A DNA stretch of 64,000 nucleotides from an uncultured Alphaproteobacteria bacterium (GCA_963798195.1 CAWCSF010000005.1:9725-73724), one strand, 5' to 3'; positions 32,230 to 42,988 are shown, counted from the first letter of the stretch. Notes: generated by a model from the letters alone, not told the origin. Numbers and translations are program-made.

Positions 32230-33213
32230 ATGCACATTCTCATTCTCGGGGCCGCCGGCATGATCGGCTCCAAGCTGACCGCGCGCCTGATCAAGGACGG
32301 CGGCCTCGCCGGCAAGACCATCGACCAGCTCACGCTGGTCGACTGGGTCGACCCGACGCCGCCAACCGGGGTGCCGTTCAAGGTTGCCACGAAGGCGGCC
32401 GACCTCGCGACGCCCGGCGTCGCCGAGGAGGTCGTCGCCGGACGGCCGGACGTGATCTTCCACCTCGCAGCCATCGTCTCCGGCGAAGCGGAGGCGGATT
32501 TCGACAAGGGCTACCGGGTCAACCTCGACGGCACCCGCGCGCTGCTCGAGGCGATCCGCAAGGTCGGCGACAGCTATTGCCCGCGCGTCATCTTCACCTC
32601 GTCGATCGCGGTGTTCGGCGCCCCCTTCCCCGAAGCCATCGGCGACGAATTCTTCCACACGCCGCTCACCTCCTACGGCACGCAGAAGGCCATCGGCGAA
32701 CTGCTGCTCGCCGACTACACGCGCCGCGGATTCATGGATGGCGTTGGCCTTCGCCTGCCGACCATCTGCGTGCGCCCCGGCAAGCCGAACAAGGCCGCCT
32801 CCAGCTTTTTCTCCAGCATCATCCGCGAACCCCTCGCCGGCCACGAGGCGATCCTCCCGGTCAGCGAGAGCGTCCGCCACTGGCACGCGAGCCCGCGCAC
32901 GGCCATCGGCTTCCTCGTCCATGCCGCCGGCATCGACGGCGAACGGCTGGGAAATCGCCGCAACCTGTCGATGCCGGGCGTTTCGGTGACGGTGGGCGAG
33001 CAGATCGCGGCGCTGCGCAAGGTTGCCGGCGACGCAGTGGCGAACCGTATCCGCCACGAACCGGACCCGACCGTCATGCGCATCGTCGAGGGCTGGCCGC
33101 GCAACTTCACACCCGACCGGGCAACCGCGCTCGGCTTCCGCGGCGAGAAGACGTTCGAGGAAATCATCCGCGTCCACATCGAGGACGAACTCGGCGGCAC
33201 CTGGGCGAAATAG
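32230..33213 (+). CDS. NAD-dependent epimerase/dehydratase family protein (extended SDR)
   Basis: ILGAAGMIGSKL, YGTQKAIGE (YxxxK), and RLPTICVRPGKPNKAASSFFSSIIREPL. It resembles D-erythronate dehydrogenase-type enzymes, but that assignment is unverified. Confidence 0.8.
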   Translation: MHILILGAAGMIGSKLTARLIKDGGLAGKTIDQLTLVDWVDPTPPTGVPFKVATKAADLATPGVAEEVVAGRPDVIFHLAAIVSGEAEADFDKGYRVNLDGTRALLEAIRKVGDSYCPRVIFTSSIAVFGAPFPEAIGDEFFHTPLTSYGTQKAIGELLLADYTRRGFMDGVGLRLPTICVRPGKPNKAASSFFSSIIREPLAGHEAILPVSESVRHWHASPRTAIGFLVHAAGIDGERLGNRRNLSMPGVSVTVGEQIAALRKVAGDAVANRIRHEPDPTVMRIVEGWPRNFTPDRATALGFRGEKTFEEIIRVHIEDELGGTWAK

Positions 33214-33222
33214 GATGCCAGC

Positions 33223-34236
33223 CTAGGCCGGCACGGCCTCCGTGCGGTCGGCGAGACGCCCGGCGTCATCCACCGCCCAGCACGCCACCTGCGCGTCGCC
33301 CTTGGTTTCGAGTTCCGGTCGATCGACGAAGCAGCGGTCGAAGGCGTAAGCGCAGCGCGGGTGAAAGGCGCAGCCTGACGGCGGATTGATCGGCGACGGC
33401 AGTTCGCCCTCCAGCCGGATGCGTTCCTTGCGCCGCCCGGGATCGGCAATCGGCGTGGCCGACAGCAGCGCCCGCGTATAGGGATGCTTCGCGTCTTTGA
33501 AGATGGCCTCGCGCGGACCCGACTCCACCGGCCGGCCGAGATACATGACCATCACCTCGTCGGCCATGTGGCGCACGACCGAGAGGCCGTGACTGATGAA
33601 GAGGTAGGCGAGGCCGAACTCCTGCTGCAGATCGACCAGGATGTTCAGCACCTGCGCCTGCACCGAAAGATCGAGCGCCGAGACCGGCTCGTCGAGAACG
33701 AGGATGCGCGGCCGCAGCATCAGCGCCCGCGCGATGGCGATGCGCTGGCGCTGGCCACCGGAGAACATGTGCGGATAGCGCTCGTAATGCTCCGGACGGA
33801 GACCAACGCGGCGCATCATGTCGACCGCCGCTTCGCGACGCTCGGCCGAAGTCATGTTCCGCCGGTTGATAACCAGAGGCTCCTCGAGAATCGCCCCCAC
33901 CTTCTGGCGCGGATTGAGCGAACCGTACGGGTCCTGGAAAACCATCTGCACGCGCGCACGCATTTCCCGGAGCGTCGAGCGCCCTGCCCTGGCAAGCGGC
34001 ACGCCGTCGATGAAGAATTCGCCCGACGTCGGCTGTTCGACCATCGCGATCATGCGGGCGAGCGTGGACTTCCCGCAGCCGGATTCACCGACCACGGCCA
34101 GGGTCTTGCCGGCGGCGAGGGTGAAGCTGACGCCATCGACCGCCTTCAGCACAAGCGGCTTCGCCATCAGGCCGCGGCTGATCTCGTAGTGCTGCTTCAG
34201 GTTCTCCGCCCGGACGATGAGATCGCCGTCGCTCAT
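33223..34236 (-). CDS. dppF: Dipeptide/oligopeptide ABC transporter ATP-binding protein
   Basis: ORF trimmed to [13 protein letters not shown], with an ATGA overlap on the dppD stop. GESGCGKST Walker A, FSGGQRQR signature, and a C-terminal oligo_HPY domain (HPYTRALL). Confidence 0.9.
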   Translation of the reverse strand: MSDGDLIVRAENLKQHYEISRGLMAKPLVLKAVDGVSFTLAAGKTLAVVGESGCGKSTLARMIAMVEQPTSGEFFIDGVPLARAGRSTLREMRARVQMVFQDPYGSLNPRQKVGAILEEPLVINRRNMTSAERREAAVDMMRRVGLRPEHYERYPHMFSGGQRQRIAIARALMLRPRILVLDEPVSALDLSVQAQVLNILVDLQQEFGLAYLFISHGLSVVRHMADEVMVMYLGRPVESGPREAIFKDAKHPYTRALLSATPIADPGRRKERIRLEGELPSPINPPSGCAFHPRCAYAFDRCFVDRPELETKGDAQVACWAVDDAGRLADRTEAVPA

Positions 34237-35237
34237 GCGTTCACCTCCGCCAGCGGCCCGGGGTGGCCGACAGGGCGACCGTGGGTGAGCGGATAATGGC
34301 AGAGCGCGTAGCCGGCCGCGGCGCCCTGGCGCGGCGGCACCTTCTCGACACAGCGATTGGTGGCGAATTCGCAGCGCGGCGAGAACAGACAGCCGGTGGG
34401 GCGATCGAACAGGCCCGGCACGACGCCGGCAATCGACGGCAGCTTGCGATCGACGGCACGCTCGGGGAGCGAGGCCAGCAGCGCGGCGGTGTAGGGATGA
34501 TGCGGATCGGCGAAGAGTTCGCCGACGTTCTGCTCCTCGACCCTCTGGCCGGCATAGAACACGGCCACACGTTCCGCCGTCTCCGCCACGACGCCCATGT
34601 CGTGGGTGATCAGCACCAGCGCCATCCCCATCTCCTTCTGCAAACCGAGCAGGAGGTCGAGGATCTGCGCCTGGATTGTGACGTCGAGCGCCGTCGTCGG
34701 TTCGTCGGCGATGACCAGCTTCGGATTGCAGGCGAGCGCCATGGCGATCATCACGCGCTGGTTCATGCCGCCCGACAGCAGGTGCGGGAACGCCTTGAGC
34801 CGGCGCTCGGGATCGGGGATGCCGACGGCGCGCAGCAGTTCGAGGGTGCGCTCGTGGCGCTCGGCCTTGTCGAGGCCGAGATGGGTCTTCAGCGCCTCGC
34901 CGATCTGGTAGCCGACGGTGAAGCACGGGTTCAGGCTGGACATCGGCTCCTGGAAGATCATCGCCATGTCCTTGCCGACGATGTGGCGCCGCTGCCGCGG
35001 CGTTATGCCGAGGAGATCGTTGCCGTCGAAGGCAAGCCGCTCCGCCGTCACGGTCGCGGTCCACGGCAGCAGCCCCATGACGGCGAGCATGGCCACGGAC
35101 TTGCCCGAGCCGGACTCGCCGACGATCGCCTGCACCTCGCCCGCCTCGACCGTCAGCGACACCTCGTCGACGGCACGGAACGCGCCGTGGGCGGTGGCGA
35201 AATCGACCGACAGGTTACGGATTTCGAGGAGGGCCAT
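34233..35237 (-). CDS. dppD: Dipeptide/oligopeptide ABC transporter ATP-binding protein
   Basis: Trimmed to [28 protein letters not shown], and HPYTAALL. Confidence 0.9.
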   Translation of the reverse strand: MALLEIRNLSVDFATAHGAFRAVDEVSLTVEAGEVQAIVGESGSGKSVAMLAVMGLLPWTATVTAERLAFDGNDLLGITPRQRRHIVGKDMAMIFQEPMSSLNPCFTVGYQIGEALKTHLGLDKAERHERTLELLRAVGIPDPERRLKAFPHLLSGGMNQRVMIAMALACNPKLVIADEPTTALDVTIQAQILDLLLGLQKEMGMALVLITHDMGVVAETAERVAVFYAGQRVEEQNVGELFADPHHPYTAALLASLPERAVDRKLPSIAGVVPGLFDRPTGCLFSPRCEFATNRCVEKVPPRQGAAAGYALCHYPLTHGRPVGHPGPLAEVNA

Positions 35238-35241
35238 CGCC

Positions 35242-36168
35242 TCAGCTCCGCCTGAGCTTCGGATCGAGCGCATCGCGCAGGCCATCGCCGATGAGGTTGA
35301 TCGCCAACACCGTGATCAGGATGGCGAGGCCCGGGAACGTGACCACCCACCAGGCGCGCAGGATGAACTCGCGCGCCTCGGCCAGCATGGTGCCCCACTC
35401 CGGCGTCGGCGGCTGGGCACCCATGCCGAGGAAGCCGAGCGCCGCTGCATCGAGGATGGCGTTCGAGAAGGAGAGCGTCGCCTGCACGATCAGCGGCGCC
35501 ATGCAGTTCGGCAGGATGGTGACCAGCATCAGCCGCAGCGGGCTGGCGCCGATCAGCCGGGTGGCGGTGACATAGTCCTTGCCGCGCTCCGAGATCACCG
35601 CGGCGCGCGTCAGCCGCACGAAATGCGGCTGGAGGACGACGGCAATGGCGATCATCGCGTTGGTGAGGCCGGGGCCAAGCACGGCGACCAGCACCAGTGC
35701 CAGCAACAGCGACGGCAGCGCCAGGATGATATCCATCAGCCGCATGATGATCGCTTCCAGCCAGCCGCGGAAATAGCCGGCGATGAGCCCGATGGTGACG
35801 CCGACGCTCAGCGCGACGGTTACCACCACGCTGCCGATGAACAGCGAATAGCGCGCCCCGAAGATGAGGCGCGAGAGGATGTCGCGGCCCACCGGATCGG
35901 TGCCCAGCAGGAATTCCGGACGCGTGCCGCCCGCCCACGGTGGCGCCACCAGCAGCGCATCGCGGAACTGCTCGGACGGGGAAAACGGCGCGATGAGGGG
36001 TGCGAAGAGCGCGGCGAGGACGAGAATGCCGAACACGACGAGGCCACCCACGGCCCCGCGGTTCTCGGAGAAATAGAACCAGAACTCGGTCAGTCCGGCA
36101 CGCGTCAGGTCCGTTCCGCCACCCGCGACGGTCGCCGCTTCGCGGTCGGCTTCGCCCAGCTCAGCCAT
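35242..36168 (-). CDS. dppC: Dipeptide ABC transporter permease
   Basis: 308 aa BPD-type permease. The N-terminal OppC_N-like segment FWFYFSENRGAVGGLVVFGILV. Confidence 0.9.
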   Translation of the reverse strand: MAELGEADREAATVAGGGTDLTRAGLTEFWFYFSENRGAVGGLVVFGILVLAALFAPLIAPFSPSEQFRDALLVAPPWAGGTRPEFLLGTDPVGRDILSRLIFGARYSLFIGSVVVTVALSVGVTIGLIAGYFRGWLEAIIMRLMDIILALPSLLLALVLVAVLGPGLTNAMIAIAVVLQPHFVRLTRAAVISERGKDYVTATRLIGASPLRLMLVTILPNCMAPLIVQATLSFSNAILDAAALGFLGMGAQPPTPEWGTMLAEAREFILRAWWVVTFPGLAILITVLAINLIGDGLRDALDPKLRRS

Positions 36169-37168
36169 GGCGGATCCGCGGATTGATCAGGCCGTACATC
36201 ACGTCCACGAGCAGATTGACCAGCATGATGATGATCGCGATCAGGACGAGGCCGCCCTGCACGACCGGATAGTCACGCTTGAACACGGAATCGACCATCC
36301 ACTTGCCGATGCCCGGCCAGGAAAAGATCGTCTCGGTGAGAATGGCGCCGGCGAGGAGCACGCCGACCTGGAGGCCGATCGTCGTGACCACCGGCACCAG
36401 CGCGTTGCGGAGCGCGTGGATGCCGATGACGGCGTAGGGCGGCAGGCCCTTGGCGCGCGCCGTGCGCACGTAGTCCTCGCCAAGCACCTCCAGCATGGCC
36501 GAGCGCGTCTGGCGCGCGATGACCGCCAGCGGAATGGTGGCAAGCACGATGGACGGCAGGATGAGATGGCTGACCGCCGAACTGAACGCGCCCTTCTGAC
36601 CCGAGAGCAGCGAGTCGATCAGCATGAAGCCGGTGACCGGCGGGAAGAAATAGAGGAGCGATATTCGCCCCGACACCGGCGTCCAGCCGAGCATGCCGGA
36701 AAACAGGATGATGAGCAGCAGGCCCCACCAGAAGATCGGCATGGAATAGCCGACAAGCGCGGCCCCCATCACCGTCTGGTCGAATATCGAACCACGCTTG
36801 ACCGCGGCGATGACGCCGGCAGGAACGCCGAGCGAGACGGCAATCAGGACAGCCACCAGCGACAATTCCAGCGTTGCCGGGAAGAGCGCCAGGAAGTCCT
36901 TCAGCACCGGCCGCTTGGTGACGATGGAATTCCCGAAATTGCCGGTGACCAGGCCGCCCAGATAGGTCGCGTACTGCACGATCATCGGCCGGTCGTAACC
37001 GAGGTCATGCATGATTTGCGCATGCCGCTCCGGCGCAACCACGCGCTCCCCCGCCATCAGTTGCACCGGATCTCCGGGCAGCAGGCGGATGAAGGCAAAA
37101 GCGATGATGGAAACGCCGATGAAAGTCGGCACGAGGACGGCAAGGCGACGGAAGATCAGGCGGATCAT
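36161..37168 (-). CDS. dppB: Dipeptide ABC transporter permease
   Basis: MIRLIFRRLAVLVPTFIGVSIIAFAFIRLLPGDP is a canonical DppB/OppB N-terminus. Overlaps dppC by 8 nt. Confidence 0.9.
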   Translation of the reverse strand: MIRLIFRRLAVLVPTFIGVSIIAFAFIRLLPGDPVQLMAGERVVAPERHAQIMHDLGYDRPMIVQYATYLGGLVTGNFGNSIVTKRPVLKDFLALFPATLELSLVAVLIAVSLGVPAGVIAAVKRGSIFDQTVMGAALVGYSMPIFWWGLLLIILFSGMLGWTPVSGRISLLYFFPPVTGFMLIDSLLSGQKGAFSSAVSHLILPSIVLATIPLAVIARQTRSAMLEVLGEDYVRTARAKGLPPYAVIGIHALRNALVPVVTTIGLQVGVLLAGAILTETIFSWPGIGKWMVDSVFKRDYPVVQGGLVLIAIIIMLVNLLVDVMYGLINPRIRHG

Positions 37169-37215
37169 CGGTTCATCCGGTTATGCCGCCCCGCATGACC
37201 TGTCTCCCGGGAAAC

Positions 37216-37242
37216 GGGGCGCCCACGGCAGGCGGGCGCCCC
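37216..37242 (-). promoter_or_regulatory. Strong intercistronic hairpin between dppA and dppB
   Basis: The minus strand reads GGGGCGCCC-N9-GGGCGCCCC, a perfect 9-bp GC stem, then GTTTCCC. It starts 16 nt after the dppA stop. Confidence 0.55.
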
Positions 37243-37257
37243 TATCTCTTTCCGCGA

Positions 37258-38871
37258 CTACTCCGCGATATCGACGCCGTCGAAGCGGTGGTAGCCGAGC
37301 GGATCCTGCACGAAGCCGCTGACCTTCTTGCTCATCGGCATGACCACGAGCGAGTGATCGAGCGTCGCCCACGGCGCCTCGCGCTTGAAGACGACCTGAG
37401 CCTCTTCATAGAGCTTGGTGCGCGCCGCCTGGTCCGAGGTCTCCTTCGCCTTGGTGACGAGGTCGTCGAACTCCTTGTTGCACCACTGGGCGCGGTTATT
37501 GCCGCCGACCGCGTCGCAACCGAGCAGGGTGTCGAGGAAGTTGTCCGGATCGCCGTTGTCGCCGGTCCAGCCGAGCATCACCGCACCATCACGGTCCTTC
37601 TCCTTCGAGCGCGACAGGTACTCGCCCCACTCGTAGCTGACGATCTCGGCCTTGACGCCGATCTTGGCGAAGTCGGCCTGCATCACCTCGGCCGCGCGCC
37701 GGGCATTCAGCATGTACGGCCGGCTGACCGGCATCGCCCAGAGCTTCATCGACAGGTCGGTGACCCCGGCATCGGCCAGCAACTTCTTGGCGCCATCGAG
37801 GTCGAAGGCGTCGTCCTTGATGGCCTTGTCGTAGGACCACATGGTCGGCGGGATCGGGTTGGTCGCCGGCGAGGCCGCCCCCTGGAAGACCGCGTCGATG
37901 ATCGCCTTCTTGTTGATCGCCATGTTCAGCGCCTTGCGCACGCGCACGTCGTCGAACGGCTTCTGCGTGGTGTTGTACGCGAGATAGGCGACGTTCAGGC
38001 CCTCCTGCTCCATGACCTGGAGGTTCGGGTCCGCCTTGAGCCCCGCGACGTCCGCCGCATTGGGATACGGCATGATGTGGCACTCGCCAGCCTTGAGGCG
38101 CTGCGCCCGCACCGAGGCATCGGGCGTGATGGCGAAGACGAGATCGTCGATCTTTTCCTTGCCGGCCCAGTAGTCCGGGTTTGCCTTGTAGCGGATCTGG
38201 GTGTCGGGCTGGTAGGCGACGAAGGTGAACGGCCCGGTCCCCAGCGGCTGCTGGTTGAGCTGGTTCTGCTTGCCATCGGCTTGCAGCTTATCGGCGTACT
38301 CCTTCGAAACGATCGAGGCGAAGTCCATGCCGAGGTCGGCGATGAACGGCGCTTCCGGCCGGCTCAGAACGAACTTGACCGTCAGATCGTCGACCTTGTC
38401 GATGCTCTTGATCAGGGCCTCCTTGTCGGCGCTGGCGCTGAAGCCCATGCCGTTGGAGTATTCCCACGCCGCGCCGTCAACGTACTTGTTCCAGGGGTTG
38501 TCTTCCCTGATCTGGCGCTCGAAGGAAAAGATCACGTCGTCGGCATTCATCGTGCGCGTCGGCGTGAAGAAATCGGTCGTCTGGAACTTCACGTTCGGAC
38601 GCAGGTGGAACGTATAGACCGTGCCGTCGTCCGAGATCTCCCACTTTTCGGCGAGACCGGGCTCGACCTCGGTGCTGCCGTGCTTGAATTCGACCAGCCG
38701 ATTGTAAACCGTGCGCGATGCTGCATCGAAGGTGGTGCCGGCAGTGTAAAGGGCGGGATCGAAACCCTCCGGGCTCGCCTCCGAGCAGTAGATCAACGTT
38801 TTGGCGTTGGCGACGGACGCCAGACCGGCGGCGAACACAGTCGCCATCAGTATCTTCGCCAGTGATTTCAT
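37258..38871 (-). CDS. dppA: Dipeptide ABC transporter substrate-binding protein (SBP family 5)
   Basis: Trimmed to MKSLAKILMATVFAAGLASVANA (signal peptide), SD AGGAGGGA. YNRLVEF, LAESWE-type blocks, and PFDDVRVRKALNMAI. Confidence 0.9.
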   Translation of the reverse strand: MKSLAKILMATVFAAGLASVANAKTLIYCSEASPEGFDPALYTAGTTFDAASRTVYNRLVEFKHGSTEVEPGLAEKWEISDDGTVYTFHLRPNVKFQTTDFFTPTRTMNADDVIFSFERQIREDNPWNKYVDGAAWEYSNGMGFSASADKEALIKSIDKVDDLTVKFVLSRPEAPFIADLGMDFASIVSKEYADKLQADGKQNQLNQQPLGTGPFTFVAYQPDTQIRYKANPDYWAGKEKIDDLVFAITPDASVRAQRLKAGECHIMPYPNAADVAGLKADPNLQVMEQEGLNVAYLAYNTTQKPFDDVRVRKALNMAINKKAIIDAVFQGAASPATNPIPPTMWSYDKAIKDDAFDLDGAKKLLADAGVTDLSMKLWAMPVSRPYMLNARRAAEVMQADFAKIGVKAEIVSYEWGEYLSRSKEKDRDGAVMLGWTGDNGDPDNFLDTLLGCDAVGGNNRAQWCNKEFDDLVTKAKETSDQAARTKLYEEAQVVFKREAPWATLDHSLVVMPMSKKVSGFVQDPLGYHRFDGVDIAE

Positions 38872-39078
38872 GATTGGTCCCTCCTGAGAGCCGCTTGTGC
38901 GGCGTCGATCTTTTCCCATTTCGACCGCTCTATTTCAGCGGGGCCGAAAGGTTATGGCTAATCGAGCCGAGCCAGTGCGCGATTGCAAGGGCCGAAATGC
39001 GCACAGCACCGCCCAATGGCTGGCCGCGGCGAAAAACCGTTGTGGGTCATTGACTTACGAGGGCGGGCCACGCCGGAA

Positions 39079-40669
39079 CTATTCCGTGACGTCGACGCCC
39101 TCGAAATTGTGATGGCCGAGCGGATCCACGACGTAGCCCTTGACCGACTTGGTCACGGCGACGGCAACCGAGGTGTGCGCGATAGTCAGCCACGGCGCCT
39201 GCTCGCCGAAAATGCGCTGCGCGGTCTCGTAGAACTTCGCCCGCTCACCGGAGTCGACGACGCCGCGCGCCGACAGCACTGCCTCGTTGAACGGAACATT
39301 GCACCACTGGGCGCGATTGGAGATGCCGACGGTATCGCAGCCGAGAAGCGCGCCGAGGAAGTTGTCGGGATCGCCATTGTCGCTGATCCAGCCGAACAGA
39401 ACCGCGCCATCACGATCGGCGTCCGCCGTGCCCTTGATGAACGCGCCGAGATCGTCGCTGACGATCTCCGCCGTAACGCCGGCCTTGGCGAGATCGTCCT
39501 TGATCATCGTCGCCATGCGGCCCGGATCGGGATTGTAGTCCCGGCCGACCGGCGGGACCCAGATCTTCAGCTTGAGATCGGTCACGCCGGCTTCCGTCAG
39601 CGCTGCCTTCGCCGCTTCCGGATCGGCCGCGGCATCGTCGATGACGTCGACATGCGACCACATGCTGGCCGGCACCGGGCTCCTGGCGACGGACGCCTGA
39701 CCGCCATAGACGGCATCGACCAGCGCCTTGCGGTCGATGGCCATGTTGAGCGCCTTGCGCACGCGCACATCGTCGAACGGCTTCTGCGCGGTGTTGTAGG
39801 CGAGATAGGCGACGTCCAGCGCCGAGGTCTGCAGGATCTCGGCGCCGGCATCCTGCGCCAGAGCGGCAAGCTCACTGGCGGGCGGCTCGCCCAGCACCTG
39901 ACAATCACCGGCAGAGAACATCTTGAAGCGGACGGCGGGGTCCGGGCTGATCAGGAAGGCCAGGCGATCGAGCGCCGGCTTGCCGCGCCAGTAATCCGGG
40001 TTGGCCCGGTAGTTGATGCGCACGTCGGGCTGATAGCCGACGAACTGGAACGGTCCGGTGCCGATCGGCAGCCGGTCGAGGTCCTCGCGTTTCTTCGCCT
40101 TCAGTAGAGAGTCGGCGTATTCCTTCGACAGGATCGAGGCGAAATCCATCGCCAGGTCGGCGAGGATCGCCGGGTCAGCGCGCGTCAGCGTTGATCTTCA
40201 CCGTGGCGTCGTCGACCTTGTCGATGGAGGCGATCAGCGCCGGCATCGACATGCCGTCGAAATAGGCCCAGCCATTGGCGGCGTAATCGTAATAGGGATT
40301 CTTCTGATCGCGCTGGCGCGACAGGCTGAAGACAACGTCATCGGCGTTCAACTCGCGCGATGGCGTGAAGAAATACGTGCTGTGGAACTTGACGCCGGGA
40401 CGAAGGTGGAACGTGTACTCGAGGCCATCGGCCGAGACTTCCCAGCTCTCCGCCAGCCCCGGGACCGGGCGGGTGGTGCCCCGCTCGAATTCGACAAGGC
40501 GATTGTAGAGGGCCTGCGAGGAGGCATCGAAAGTGGCGCCGGCGATGTGCGGTGCAGGATCGAATCCTTCCGGATTTTGCACCGCACAGAAATTGAGCGT
40601 CTTCGCCTGGGCGGCCGAGGCCAGCCCGGCGGCAAATACTGCCGCCAAGATGAGTGTCGAACGTTTCAT
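39079..40669 (-). pseudogene. Second dppA paralogue, interrupted by a frameshift
   Basis: ORF 40175..40732 (MKRSTLILAAVFAAGLASAAQA...SIDKVDDATVKINADAR*) and ORF 39079..40149 (MDFASILSKEY...) are collinear with DppA. In the other frame the gap reads LTRADPAILADLAMDF, matching DppA VLSRPEAPFIADLGMDF. The junction is at 40187-40195. Confidence 0.8.
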
Positions 40670-40775
40670 TGGTGCTGATTGTCCACTGATAAGGTGAGCG
40701 GCCGCTGGTTGCTCGTCATCGGCGGGCAACATTGCACGGAATCAGCGAGGCGGCAAAGTCGCGAAACGGCGCGGA

Positions 40776-41522
40776 TCAGCGCCCGCCGGTCACGTCGAGC
40801 AGCGCACCGTTGACGTAGGAGGCGGCGTCCGAAAGCAACCAGACGATCGACTCGGCAACCTCATCTGGCGTGCCGGAGCGGCCGAGCGGCACCATCTGGC
40901 CAAGCCGTTCCGCTCGGCCGGGCTGGCCGCCGGAGGCGTGGATGTCGGTTTCGATCAGCCCCGGACGCACCGCATTGACCCGAACGCCCAGCGGGCCGAC
41001 TTCCTTGGAAAGACCGATGGTGAGCGTATCGAGCGCGCCCTTGGTCACGGCGTAGTCGACATACTCGCCAGCGCCGCCGAGGCGCGCCGCCGCCGACGAG
41101 ATGTTGACGATCGAACCGCCCCTGCCGCCTTCACCGGTCATGCGCCGGATCGCTTCGCGCGCCACCAGCATGGCGCCGACCAGGTTGACCTCGATCGCGC
41201 GGCGCAACCGCTCGGCGCTCATCTCGGCCAGCGGCTGGGGCGGCGGCACGATGATGCCGGCATTGTTGACCACGCCGTCGACCGGCCCGAACGCCTCCAC
41301 GGCGGCATCGAACAGGGCGACCACATCGCCCTCGCTGGTGACGTCGCCCCGGACAGCGATGGCCTTGCCTCCGGCCTTCCCGACGGCGGCGACCGTTGCT
41401 TCGGCCGCGGAAGCGTTGCCGACATAGTTGACCGTCAGTGACCAGCCGCGCGCAGCCGCGACGCGCGCCACGGCCGCGCCGATGCCCCGGCTGCCGCCAG
41501 TGATAACAATGGATTTCGGCAT
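40776..41522 (-). CDS. SDR family oxidoreductase
   Basis: TGGSRGIGAA, NNAG, and YAVTKGA (YxxxK). Confidence 0.9.
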   Translation of the reverse strand: MPKSIVITGGSRGIGAAVARVAAARGWSLTVNYVGNASAAEATVAAVGKAGGKAIAVRGDVTSEGDVVALFDAAVEAFGPVDGVVNNAGIIVPPPQPLAEMSAERLRRAIEVNLVGAMLVAREAIRRMTGEGGRGGSIVNISSAAARLGGAGEYVDYAVTKGALDTLTIGLSKEVGPLGVRVNAVRPGLIETDIHASGGQPGRAERLGQMVPLGRSGTPDEVAESIVWLLSDAASYVNGALLDVTGGR

Positions 41523-41599
41523 TCCCCGCCCCGTCTTTTCGTTATGGCCCGAGCATCAGGTCTGGCCGGGTGAAGAGCAACCGCCGGACGGCATGGCGG

Positions 41600-42988
41600 C
41601 TATGCAGGCGGCCACGCCTTGAGCTTGCCGGGGTTCATCAGACCATGCGGATCGGCAAGGCTCTTGAACTCCGGCTGCGGCGCGTCGGTCCGCTTCCAGC
41701 CGGCATTGTCGAGCACGTAGGTATGCGGGCTGGAAACCGCTCCGCCCATGCTCTCCGCCACCCGGATGACCTCGGCCAGACGCTCCGGCGAGCGATAGCG
41801 CAGGATCGGCAGGCTGGAGACGAAGACCCGCCCGAAGCGGCGCTGGAATTCGAGATGAAGCAGCAACTCGTCGGGAAACGCCGCCTCCATTTCGGCGACC
41901 GCATCGATCTCGCGGCCTTCGGGAAAGCGGATCTGGAGATAGGTGATCGTCGGGTCGACCTTGAGCGCGTGCAGCGTGGTGTGGTTCCACGTGTATTCGT
42001 AAAGCGGCGGCATCGCGCCCTTGCCGTCGAACGCCGCCACCTCGGCCTCGGCCGCGCTGCGCTCGTAGACGATGGCGCCGCCATGGTCGGCGACCATCTC
42101 GGCGAATGGCGCGGCCTGCGCCTCGGCGATCATGACGATCGCCATGGCATGACCCGCCGGCACCAGCGGCGCGAGGCGCTTCAGCATCGGCGGGATCGCC
42201 TTGTCGAAGACACCGATCTCCTTCTTGGCGATGCCTTCGGCGGCGGCAAGCGCCCAGCCGAACTTCGCGGCGGCGACGAGCGTCGGGAACGTCACGACAC
42301 GCTCGGCCCATGGCTGCCAGGGCGCCAGCGGTACTTCCACCTCGGTGATGATGCCGTTGACGCCGTAGGCGTGGAGCACCTTGAGGATGTCGCGGCCGGT
42401 GAGCTGGATCACCCGCGGCTCTTCCTCGACCGTGACCACTTGCAGCGCCAGCACGGCGCCGGTATCGGCAATCTGCCCCCACGTACAGGATCCGCAGCCG
42501 GCCGCGCCCCCGGCGATGAAGCCGCCGATCGTCGCCTGCTTGCGCGTCGAGGGATGGAAGCGAAGCTCCCACCGGCCCTCCGAGGCGTATTCGTCGCGGA
42601 GCACGCGGTCGATATCGAGGAGCCGCGCGCCGGCCTCGAACCGGGCAGCGCCTGGCGTCACACTGACGGCGCGGTCGAGCCCCGCCATATCGAGCACGAC
42701 GCCGCCTTCCAGCGGCACGGCCTGACCGTAGTTGCCCGTCCCGCCGCCACGGACCGTCAGCGTCACGCGATGGCGGGCGCACGCGGCGGCGATACGAATG
42801 ACTTCGTCCTTGGTGCGCGGCAGGACGACGAGGTCCGCCCGCTTGTCGTCGAGCAGCGGCTTGAGGATTGGCGAGAACCAGAAGAAGTCCCGGCTCTTCA
42901 GCTTCACCGTTGCCGCATCGTCGGCGATCGCGATGCCAGCAATGTCGGCGCGAAACGCGTCAAGGCGATCGGTGGCTACGGCGTCCAT
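41600..42988 (-). CDS. FAD-binding oxidoreductase (PCMH/FAD_binding_4 type)
   Basis: 462 aa. RGGGTGNYGQAVPLEGGVVLDM, HPSTRKQATIGGFIAGG, and ADPHGLMNPGK. Paralogue of 50438..51853. The start overlaps the creatininase gene by 13 nt. Confidence 0.85.
   Translation of the reverse strand: MDAVATDRLDAFRADIAGIAIADDAATVKLKSRDFFWFSPILKPLLDDKRADLVVLPRTKDEVIRIAAACARHRVTLTVRGGGTGNYGQAVPLEGGVVLDMAGLDRAVSVTPGAARFEAGARLLDIDRVLRDEYASEGRWELRFHPSTRKQATIGGFIAGGAAGCGSCTWGQIADTGAVLALQVVTVEEEPRVIQLTGRDILKVLHAYGVNGIITEVEVPLAPWQPWAERVVTFPTLVAAAKFGWALAAAEGIAKKEIGVFDKAIPPMLKRLAPLVPAGHAMAIVMIAEAQAAPFAEMVADHGGAIVYERSAAEAEVAAFDGKGAMPPLYEYTWNHTTLHALKVDPTITYLQIRFPEGREIDAVAEMEAAFPDELLLHLEFQRRFGRVFVSSLPILRYRSPERLAEVIRVAESMGGAVSSPHTYVLDNAGWKRTDAPQPEFKSLADPHGLMNPGKLKAWPPA

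Noticed and set aside
26952-33177. Very long ORFs 26952..29405 (+, 817 aa) and 30454..33177 (-, 907 aa). The same pattern appears at 50393..52387 (-), 56556..58787 (+), 37183..38865 (+) and 21841..23211 (-).
   Set aside because: All lie antisense to genes with strong family signatures and show the Arg/Gly/Asp-rich, stop-poor pattern expected from GC-rich antisense strands.
33211-33225. Convergent stop codons only 9 bp apart (epimerase versus dppF) as a shared bidirectional terminator
   Set aside because: There is no stem-loop of meaningful length, only TAGG...CCTA. This is just tight gene packing.
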